This document shows, in pieces, positions 18,007 through 25,209 of a stretch of 40,876 bases of DNA. Numbering within the stretch: position 1 is the stretch's first letter; each line of letters begins with the position of its first letter. The notes under the pieces are model-generated. The model made no database searches. It saw only the letters and a program-made list of their open reading frames with translations, and had not been told where the DNA came from. Source of the stretch: Chloroflexota bacterium (GTDB taxonomy: Bacteria > Chloroflexota > Dormibacteria > CF-121); NCBI GenBank assembly GCA_005889225.1, contig VBEW01000079.1:1-40876 (forward strand). The letters are read 5' to 3'. Made by a program: the position numbers and the translations under genes.

Positions 18007-18732
18007 TTAGGCCGCCACGCCGGCCGTGTCGAGGGCTGTCCCTAACGGTTCCTCCTTCTGGATGGCTTTGCTCGGACGCAAACCTGCCGGCGTTGCCATC
18101 CGCTGTACGCCGGCCAGTGTGAATTCCACGATCAGGGACAGAATTGCGACCAGGATGGCACCGGCATAGAGCATCGGATAGTCCTGCTGGCCGAGGCCGT
18201 CCACGATGAACCGGCCCAGCCCGCCCCACGCCACCAGGGCCGCCAGGGTTGCCGTGGCTACGATGTTGACCGCCGAGGTTCGGATTCCTGCCATGATGAA
18301 CGGCAGGGCGATGGGCAGTTCGACCCGCGATAGCACCATTCGACCCCGCATACCCATGCCGCGGGCAGCCTCGAGGACGTCGGCATCGACCTCACGCATG
18401 CCGATGTAGCTGTTGGTGACGATAGGTGGGATGCCAAGTGCCACCAGGGCGATGAACGCTGGGACAGCCCCAATGCCGACCAGTTCGACGGCAATGACGA
18501 GTAGAGCAAAGGACGGGACCGCGCGCCCAACGTTCGAGATGTTGATCGCCAGGTTGCCGCCTCGGCCTACGTGGCCCAGGATGATTCCGATGGGGAGCGC
18601 GATGACGGCGGCCGCCAGCAGCGAGATCCCCGACATGGCAATGTGCTCGCTCAGGCGGTGGGGAATACCACCGTCGCCCTGCCAGTGGGCGCCGTCGAGG
18701 AACCATTGGAGGACCTGCCCGATGAAGGTCAT
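18007..18732 (-). CDS. Osmoprotectant ABC permease
   Basis: EAARGMGM EAA loop, VELPIALP, GGLGRFI. ATGA overlap with the upstream permease. Confidence 0.92.
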   Translation of the reverse strand: MTFIGQVLQWFLDGAHWQGDGGIPHRLSEHIAMSGISLLAAAVIALPIGIILGHVGRGGNLAINISNVGRAVPSFALLVIAVELVGIGAVPAFIALVALGIPPIVTNSYIGMREVDADVLEAARGMGMRGRMVLSRVELPIALPFIMAGIRTSAVNIVATATLAALVAWGGLGRFIVDGLGQQDYPMLYAGAILVAILSLIVEFTLAGVQRMATPAGLRPSKAIQKEEPLGTALDTAGVAA

Positions 18733-19412
18733 ATCACCGCGCGGCCTCTCGACCATGGTGTGATCACGCGCTGAAGCGATGCCAGGCTGACATCTGCAAC
18801 AACAGCCAGCCCAACCGAGAGCACCGTGCCAACCACGAGCGGGGTCTTGAAGTCACGGATCAGCCCGTCAAGGATGAGGCTGCCGAGCCCGCCTTCGCCG
18901 ATCAACGCCGTGACCGTGACCAGGCCGATGGTTGTCACCGCCGCGATGCGAATGCCGGCGATGATTGCTGGAACAGCCAGCGGAAAGTCGACCTGGGCCA
19001 GTTGGTTCAGCCGCCGGTAACCCATGCCGCGTGCTGCCTCCCGAACCTCAGCTGGCACCGAATCGAGACCGATCACAATGTTGCGAATCAGGATCAGCAG
19101 GGTGTAACTGACGAGGCCAATCTCGGCGGTGAGCACGGTCAAGCCGGTGAAGGGGATGAGGAAGGAGAACAAGGCCAGTGACGGAATCGTGTAAAGGATC
19201 CCCGTCAGAGAGAACACGGGTCCTCGAAACAATCGCCTCCTCCAGGCCAGCAGGCCGAGCGGTACGGCGATGAGCACTCCGAGGCCCACGGCGATGACGG
19301 TCAACTCAATATGTTGGATCAGGGCAGCCCCGATGACGTCCAGGTGGCGCGATATCCAATCCCACCGGATCCACGGGTCTTCCGCCACCCCCACGACCCC
19401 GGTGGCCAGCAT
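18729..19412 (-). CDS. Osmoprotectant ABC permease
   Basis: YTIPSLAL, EAARGMGY, GGLGSLI. Confidence 0.92.
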   Translation of the reverse strand: MLATGVVGVAEDPWIRWDWISRHLDVIGAALIQHIELTVIAVGLGVLIAVPLGLLAWRRRLFRGPVFSLTGILYTIPSLALFSFLIPFTGLTVLTAEIGLVSYTLLILIRNIVIGLDSVPAEVREAARGMGYRRLNQLAQVDFPLAVPAIIAGIRIAAVTTIGLVTVTALIGEGGLGSLILDGLIRDFKTPLVVGTVLSVGLAVVADVSLASLQRVITPWSRGRAVI

Positions 19413-19466
19413 TCGCCGATGCTAACAGCCGTCCCGCCACGCCGCAATTTAGAGTAGAAGTTTCTA

Positions 19467-20585
19467 ATGATTCGGCTGGAAGGCGTCAGCAAGCGATACG
19501 GTGCACAGCTCGCGGTGCGGGACCTGACCATAGAGTTCCACACCGGGCAGCTCACCATGCTGGTTGGCCCGTCGGGCTGCGGCAAGACGACGACCCTGAA
19601 AATGATCAACCGGCTCATCGAGCCGAGCAGTGGGCGCATCCTGCACGATGACCAGGACGTCACCCATATCGACCCTGTGACGCTGCGCCTGCGTATGGGC
19701 TACGTGATCCAAAACGTCGGACTCTTCCCGCATCTCACCATTGCCGACAATGTCGCGACCGTGCCTCGGCTGCTGGGTTGGGACAAACGCCGGATCGCTC
19801 GCCGGGTCAACGAGCTCCTCGAGCTGGTCGGCCTTGACCCTCGCGCGTTCGCTCACCGGTACCCGCACCAGCTCTCCGGTGGACAGCGGCAGCGGGTTGG
19901 GGTGGCCCGCGCGTTGGGCGCCGATCCGCCGGTGTTGCTGATGGATGAGCCCTTCGGCGCCATCGACCGGATTGCTCGGGAACGCCTGCAGAACGAGTTT
20001 TCACGAATCCAGCGCGAAGTGCGCAAAACCGTCGTCTTCGTGACCCACGACATCGACGAGGCCATCAAGCTCGGCGACCGGATCGCGATCATGAACCAGG
20101 GGCGGCTCGAGCAGTACGACACGCCGGCCGCGATCCTGGCCAGGCCGGCCTCGGACCTCGTCATCGATCTCCTCGGGCCAGACCGCGGCCTGAAACGGCT
20201 CTCGGTCACCCCCATCGACCTCAATTTGCTCGAGCGCCCCCCCATCGTCCACCCCGACGAGTCGTTGGCCGACGCCCGCAGCCGGCTGGACGGGAAGTGG
20301 ATGCGGCTGGTCGTCCTCGATCGCGACGGCCGCCCCGTCGGCGAGCTGGACGGCAATCGCATCGACGGCGATGGGCGGGTCAGCGAGCGGGCCCGCCCCC
20401 TGGATGCCACGGTGCCGGCGGACCGTACCCTGTACGATGCCTTCTCGCAGATGCTGATCCGTCAGGCGAGCTGGGTGGCGGTCGTCGATGGCGATCGCTT
20501 CCATGGCGTGCTGACACCGGCTTCCTTCGTCGCGGCGATCCAGCGGGTGCCGGCGGAGGCTGAGGGCAGCGCCGCCCGTCGATGA
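19467..20585 (+). CDS. Osmoprotectant ABC ATPase (OsmV/OpuCA-like) with C-terminal CBS-like region
   Basis: GPSGCGKT, LSGGQRQR, LMDEPFGA, VTHD. Confidence 0.94.
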   Translation: MIRLEGVSKRYGAQLAVRDLTIEFHTGQLTMLVGPSGCGKTTTLKMINRLIEPSSGRILHDDQDVTHIDPVTLRLRMGYVIQNVGLFPHLTIADNVATVPRLLGWDKRRIARRVNELLELVGLDPRAFAHRYPHQLSGGQRQRVGVARALGADPPVLLMDEPFGAIDRIARERLQNEFSRIQREVRKTVVFVTHDIDEAIKLGDRIAIMNQGRLEQYDTPAAILARPASDLVIDLLGPDRGLKRLSVTPIDLNLLERPPIVHPDESLADARSRLDGKWMRLVVLDRDGRPVGELDGNRIDGDGRVSERARPLDATVPADRTLYDAFSQMLIRQASWVAVVDGDRFHGVLTPASFVAAIQRVPAEAEGSAARR

Positions 20586-20863
20586 TTCTGAATCGAGGTA
20601 ACTTCTTTTCGTTCCTGGTGACGGCATTCGTCGGTGCCGTCTTTCTACTCATGGCCTTTGAGACCTGGGCCCTTTTCACCGGTAACAAGCCGATCAGCGA
20701 TTATTTTCGAGAGGCTGTTCATGCGTTCCCCGCCTGGGCCTTCATCGTTGCCGTCCTCGTAGGCATCGCGCTCGGGCATTTTCTCTGGGGCCCCGCCACG
20801 GGCCCCCTCGCGCCGGCGCCCCGGCACTTGCGCGAGCTGATGGGCCGACGTGCTGCAAATTAG
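20582..20863 (+). CDS. Small 2-TM membrane protein (paralog A)
   Basis: ATGA overlap with the ATPase; two TMs with FETWAL and GHFLW. Confidence 0.8.
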   Translation: MILNRGNFFSFLVTAFVGAVFLLMAFETWALFTGNKPISDYFREAVHAFPAWAFIVAVLVGIALGHFLWGPATGPLAPAPRHLRELMGRRAAN

Positions 20864-21065
20864 TCCGGGCGCCGTCCTCTCGTTGCTTGTCACGCTATTT
20901 GTCGGCGTGCTCTTCGTCATCATGCTGAGCGAGACGATTGCCCTCGGTAAGGGCCAAGATCCGCTGACCAACCTCATCCGGTCGCTGGTGCGCGCTTACC
21001 CTCGCTTCAGCTACGTCGTCGCCGTCGTCATCGGGATGCTCATCGGCCATCTGTTTTGGCCCTGA
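20850..21065 (+). CDS. Small 2-TM membrane protein (paralog B)
   Basis: Overlaps paralog A by 14 nt; SETIAL and GHLFW; aligns without gaps to paralog A. Confidence 0.8.
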   Translation: MLQISPGAVLSLLVTLFVGVLFVIMLSETIALGKGQDPLTNLIRSLVRAYPRFSYVVAVVIGMLIGHLFWP

Positions 21066-21095
21066 GGTCCCCGGTTCAACCAGTCAGCCGGATGC

Positions 21096-21965
21096 TTACG
21101 CCGTCTTACGTCGCCTTTGTGAGGTGCGCCGACCGGCACTCGACGCGTTGCGTTGGGTTGCGCCGCGTTTCTTCCTGGTCTGCTCGACGCTCGCCCGGAG
21201 CGCCTCCATCAGGTCGACCACCTTCGCGCCTTTTTCCGTTGGCGCCTCGGGGAGTGGCGCGCCTTCGACCTTGGCATCGATGACCTGCTTCAGCGCGGCC
21301 TGATATTCGTCCTGGTAGCGCTCGGCGTCGAAACTATCGCTGAGATTTTCGATCAAGGAGACGGCCATCTGCAGCTCTTTGGGTGAGACCTTCGCCCCGT
21401 CGGCGGCGATGTCGTCGGTCGACCGGATCTCATTCGCATAAAACATCGTCTCCATCGACAGCAGATCCTCATAGGGCCGGACCAGGCAAAGATTCTCCCT
21501 GTCGCGGATGGCTACCTTGGCTACGGCGGCGCGGCCGGTCTGCTGGAGCGCCTGCCGGAGTAAGGCGAAGGCTTTCACCCCCGCCTCCTCCGGTGCGAGG
21601 TAGTACGCCTTGTCGTAGTAAATCGGGTCGACTTCCTCGAGCTTGACGAAGTCGGAGATGTCGACGGTGTGGACGGTCTTGACCGGAAGATGGTCGAGAT
21701 CCTCTTCGCTGATCGGCACGTACTTCCCCTTGGCGTACTCGAATCCACGCACGACCTCGTCCCAGGGGACGGCCTTTTCGTCTTTGGGGCACCAGCGAAC
21801 ATTTTTCAACCGGACGCCATCCCGCTTGTGCAGCAGGTGGAAACGGACGTCGTGCGATTCGGTGGCAGTGTAGAGGTTGACCGGGATGCTGACCATCCCG
21901 AAGGAAATCGTGCCGCGCCAGATGGCTCGTGGGGTTCGCGCGGCCTTTGATTTCGGCGCGGCCAT
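21096..21965 (-). CDS. ku: Bacterial NHEJ Ku protein
   Basis: RAIWRGTISFGMVSIPV, DPIYYDKAYYL, VVDLMEALRASV, basic C-tail. Start at ATG 21965. Confidence 0.96.
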   Translation of the reverse strand: MAAPKSKAARTPRAIWRGTISFGMVSIPVNLYTATESHDVRFHLLHKRDGVRLKNVRWCPKDEKAVPWDEVVRGFEYAKGKYVPISEEDLDHLPVKTVHTVDISDFVKLEEVDPIYYDKAYYLAPEEAGVKAFALLRQALQQTGRAAVAKVAIRDRENLCLVRPYEDLLSMETMFYANEIRSTDDIAADGAKVSPKELQMAVSLIENLSDSFDAERYQDEYQAALKQVIDAKVEGAPLPEAPTEKGAKVVDLMEALRASVEQTRKKRGATQRNASSAGRRTSQRRRKTA

Positions 21966-22036
21966 AGCTGATATCGAGAATATCACCATCGGTTTGAGGT
22001 GTCGACGCGCCGGCGCTGCCTCGATAGACTCGCCCC

Positions 22037-22876
22037 GTGCCCCTGGCGGTCCTTCCCCTGGTTCTGGTCGCGGCCGTGCTGCACGCCACCTGGAACGCGC
22101 TGCTGAAGGCCTCGGAGCACCCGCTGGGCCTCGCCACCCGGGCGGTGAGCCTGAGCGCCGCGATCTCCCTCCCCGTCCTGGCCGCGGTCTGGTTCTGGCA
22201 GGGGAGGCCGGGCCTGATGCCGATGGCATGGCTGGTTGCCCTGGGTTCGGCCGCCCTCGAGCTCCTCTACTTCATCGCGTTGTCGACCGCCTATCGACGC
22301 GGCGAACTTTCGGTCGTCTACCCGATCGCCAGGGGGACCGCGCCGCTGCTCGCGGTGGGCGTTGGCGTTGTGCTTCTGGGTGAGCGGCTGCCGGTGGCCG
22401 CGGTTGTCGGTGTCGTCTGTTTGCTGCTCGGCATCTGGGCGGTACAGCGGCCGTCCCCGGCGGGCGCGGCGCTGGTTCCGGCACTGATGACGGGCGTTCT
22501 GATCGCCGCCTACAGTTCGCTTGACCGGATCGGAGTCCGCCCTGGGCCTCCCTGGCTTTACGGATGGGTCCTCTGGTTGTTTACGGCGGTCTTCCTCCTC
22601 GCCTACGCAACCGCGATGAACATCCCCGAAGCGCGCTTGACGGTTGCGCCTGGGACATCACTCCTGGTCGGCGTGCTGATGGCCGCCGCGTATTTCATGA
22701 TCCTCTTCGCCCTGAGCGTTGCTCCGCTCGCGGTCGTGGCTCCCTTGCGTGAGTCAGCCATCGTGCTGGTCACGGCCTGGGGTATCTGGCGGTTGAGGGA
22801 GCGCCGCGGCGCCTGGCTCCGGATGACGGGTGCGGTCGCCATCCTTGGCGGCATCGCGCTGCTGACGACCGCGTGA
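22037..22876 (+). CDS. EamA/DMT family transporter
   Basis: LHATWN, GELSVVYPIARG, VAPLRES. Confidence 0.9.
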   Translation: MPLAVLPLVLVAAVLHATWNALLKASEHPLGLATRAVSLSAAISLPVLAAVWFWQGRPGLMPMAWLVALGSAALELLYFIALSTAYRRGELSVVYPIARGTAPLLAVGVGVVLLGERLPVAAVVGVVCLLLGIWAVQRPSPAGAALVPALMTGVLIAAYSSLDRIGVRPGPPWLYGWVLWLFTAVFLLAYATAMNIPEARLTVAPGTSLLVGVLMAAAYFMILFALSVAPLAVVAPLRESAIVLVTAWGIWRLRERRGAWLRMTGAVAILGGIALLTTA

Positions 22877-22987
22877 TCAAGGGAGCGTCGGCCGGAAGGT
22901 TGTGAGTGCAGGCAGGACAAAGAACCACATCACGGCCACGACGATGCCGGCGAACGTCAGCATGGCGATCAGGGTTCTGCCGGTCAT
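22877..22987 (-). CDS. 36-aa single-TM small protein (MTGRTLIAMLTFAGIVVAVMWFFVLPALTTFRPTLP)
   Basis: SD AGGAG 8 nt upstream of ATG 22987; one TM helix; stop abuts the eamA stop (TGATCA). Confidence 0.65.
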   Translation of the reverse strand: MTGRTLIAMLTFAGIVVAVMWFFVLPALTTFRPTLP

Positions 22988-23059
22988 GCCTCTTGCTCCT
23001 GCTGGGCAGAACCCGAAACCGCATCGAGAACCTGCTCGATTCCGGATGCGGATGTAGTG

Positions 23060-23134
23060 TCGGGGCGAGTGGATTTGAACCACCGACCTCACGGTCCCGA
23101 ACCGTGCACTCTAACCTGGCTGAGCTACGCCCCG
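23060..23134 (-). tRNA. tRNA-Pro(CGG), CCA not encoded
   Basis: Cloverleaf: CGGGGCG acceptor, CACGG-TTCGGGA-CCGTG anticodon arm, GGTTCAAATCC T-arm. Confidence 0.96.
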
Positions 23135-23183
23135 ATCGGCGAATGTCAATGATAACCTCTCCTATGCGCCCTGCCGGCCTCAA

Positions 23184-23257
23184 GCCCTCGTAGCTCAGGG
23201 GACCAGAGCGCCTCCGTCCTAAGGAGGGCGTCGCAGGTTCGAGTCCTGCCGAGGGCA
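23184..23257 (+). tRNA. tRNA-Arg(CCT), CCA not encoded
   Basis: GCCCTCG/CGAGGGC acceptor, CCTCC-GTCCTAA-GGAGG anticodon arm, GGTTCGAGTCC, A20 identity element. Confidence 0.95.
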
Positions 23258-23279
23258 TTTCCGCCCTACCATTGAGTCG

Positions 23280-23759
23280 ATGATCGCCGCGGACCTGAAC
23301 CCGGCGCTCACGCCGGTGGCGTTCTTGCTCGGAACCTGGCGCGGGGAGGGCGAAGGACAGTACCCGACCATCAAACCGTTCCGCTACCGGGAGGAAATCC
23401 GGTTCACGCACAACGGCAAGACGTTCCTCATCTACACGCAGCGGACGGAGGCGATCGACACCGGCCAGCCCCTGCATGGCGAGGCCGGCTACCTGCGGCT
23501 GGTCGGTGATGGCCGGGTGGAGTTCGTGATCGCCCAGCCGATCGGCTTCGCGGAGATCTCGCTCGGCCGCGTCGATGGCCAGCGGATCGACGTGACATGC
23601 GCCAGCGTCGGCCGGACGCCGACCGCCAAGCCGGTCACGTCGATCAGCCGGTCGTTATGGCTCGATCAGGAGACCCTTCGTTACGAGTTGAGGATGGCGA
23701 TGGAGGGTGTCCCGCTGGAACGCCATCTGGAAGCAAGCTTTCGTCGCACCAACGCTTAG
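23280..23759 (+). CDS. Nitrobindin/FABP-like (DUF1794) beta-barrel protein
   Basis: LLGTWRGEGEGQYPTI, LHGEAGYLR, C-terminal HL (heme His position). Confidence 0.9.
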   Translation: MIAADLNPALTPVAFLLGTWRGEGEGQYPTIKPFRYREEIRFTHNGKTFLIYTQRTEAIDTGQPLHGEAGYLRLVGDGRVEFVIAQPIGFAEISLGRVDGQRIDVTCASVGRTPTAKPVTSISRSLWLDQETLRYELRMAMEGVPLERHLEASFRRTNA

Positions 23760-23771
23760 CCTCGACCGAAC

Positions 23772-24554
23772 CTAATGCGGAGCCTGCTCGAGCAGCCGGC
23801 GCGAGACCCGGGTGATGACCGTGCGCGGTGACAGGCGGACCACGACCGGCAGCAATTTGTTGCCCCAGCCCGGAATGACTACCGACTTCCCCGCCATCAG
23901 CCCACGGTAGCCGGCCAGCGCCACCGAACCGGCATCGGCGATCTGCCCCCGGACCAGGCGTGCATCTTCGAGCGAGCCTCGCTCCTGGAAGCCCGTCCTG
24001 GTCGGCCCCGGGGCGAGGGCTGTCACCGTGACCCCGGTGCCCTTCAACTCGTTGGCCAGCGCTTGTGAAAACGACAGGACATACGCCTTGCTCGCGTAGT
24101 AGACCGCCATCAACGGGCCGGGGACGAAGGCTGCCGTCGAGGCCAGGTTGAGGATCCGGCCGTTGCCGCGTTCCACCATGCCCCGCACGAATAGCTTGGT
24201 GAGGGCGGTCAGCGCGACCACGTTGACCTGCAGCATCTCGAGCTCGGTGCGCAAGTCGGTGTCTACGAATCGGCCATAAACCGGGAAGCCGGCGTTGTTC
24301 ACCAGCACGTCGACCTTCATCGATGCGGCGCTGACCTCTTCATCGATCTCGTCCACAGCGCTTGGCTTGGAGAGATCCCTGGCAAGGACCAGCGTCTTGA
24401 CGCGAAATTCGCTCTCCAGTCGCGCGGCGAGCTCGTCGAGCTTGTCGCGGCTGCGCGCCACCAGGACGCAGTCGAAGCCGTCCCGCGCGAAGAGCAAGGC
24501 GAGCTCGTAGCCGATCCCACCCGAGGCCCCGGTGATCAGCACGGCCTTGCTCAT
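23772..24554 (-). CDS. Short-chain dehydrogenase/reductase (DltE-like)
   Basis: TGASGGIG, NNAG, YYASK. ATG 24554 overlaps the upstream TGA. Confidence 0.93.
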   Translation of the reverse strand: MSKAVLITGASGGIGYELALLFARDGFDCVLVARSRDKLDELAARLESEFRVKTLVLARDLSKPSAVDEIDEEVSAASMKVDVLVNNAGFPVYGRFVDTDLRTELEMLQVNVVALTALTKLFVRGMVERGNGRILNLASTAAFVPGPLMAVYYASKAYVLSFSQALANELKGTGVTVTALAPGPTRTGFQERGSLEDARLVRGQIADAGSVALAGYRGLMAGKSVVIPGWGNKLLPVVVRLSPRTVITRVSRRLLEQAPH

Positions 24555-25183
24555 GCGAACACTTTCTCGCCCGCGCGCACCGGCACCGCCAGCCAGTTCT
24601 CGCGCGGGGCGAGCGGGCAGACCCAGCGCGCGTCGTACGCACACGAGGGGTTATAGGCGAAGTTGAAGTCGATCACGACATCGGGTGAGCCCGCGTGAAA
24701 CTCGAGGGAAAGCCCGTCGGTGTTCTTCACCGTGTCGAAGAGGTAGCGCCCGCCGCCATACGTCTCCGTCCCGGAGGTCGCATCGCGGAACGGCAGGAAG
24801 AGTCCGCCGGCGTATCCCACCAGGCTGAAAACCGTGAGCGTGCAGGGCTGGCCTTTGAAGGAAAACGCGAGCCGACCGGCGCGCCGGAATGTGATCACGC
24901 CATCCTCACCACCGGTATCGATCTCCAGGGGAGCGCCGGGCTCGCCGGGCTCGAGGCGGCAGCGGAGCTTTGCGGTGGGATCCGGGTCGAAATAGCGCAG
25001 GCCGGGAAAGCCCTGGCGCGCCTGTGGCGCGAGCGGCGACTGCGGGTGGCTGCGAAACAGCTCGTCGCGACCCCGGCGGAATCGCTCCAGCGCGTCCGGG
25101 CCGGACAGCCGGTAGAGGTCGCCCACGCGACGCCGCCAGTCGGCGAGATCGAGCTTGTCCTGCGGCAGCCGGACCTCGGTCAA
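24551..25183 (-). CDS. DUF1684 family protein
   Basis: FRDATSGTETYGGGRYL, DFNFAYNPSCAY, CPLAP. Confidence 0.9.
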   Translation of the reverse strand: MTEVRLPQDKLDLADWRRRVGDLYRLSGPDALERFRRGRDELFRSHPQSPLAPQARQGFPGLRYFDPDPTAKLRCRLEPGEPGAPLEIDTGGEDGVITFRRAGRLAFSFKGQPCTLTVFSLVGYAGGLFLPFRDATSGTETYGGGRYLFDTVKNTDGLSLEFHAGSPDVVIDFNFAYNPSCAYDARWVCPLAPRENWLAVPVRAGEKVFA

Positions 25184-25209
25184 TGCGCGAGCTGAGTTGC
25201 TGGTCGCGC

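Noticed and set aside
21966-22229. N-terminal extensions in the ORF track for ku, rarA, the PhnD-like gene, the SDR and the lipoprotein
   Set aside because: They overlap neighbouring genes or promoters; family homology and -10 placement support the shorter starts.
23060-23257. tRNA pair as the integration site of a genomic island
   Set aside because: I found no integrase, no duplicated tRNA 3' end and no obvious compositional shift nearby.
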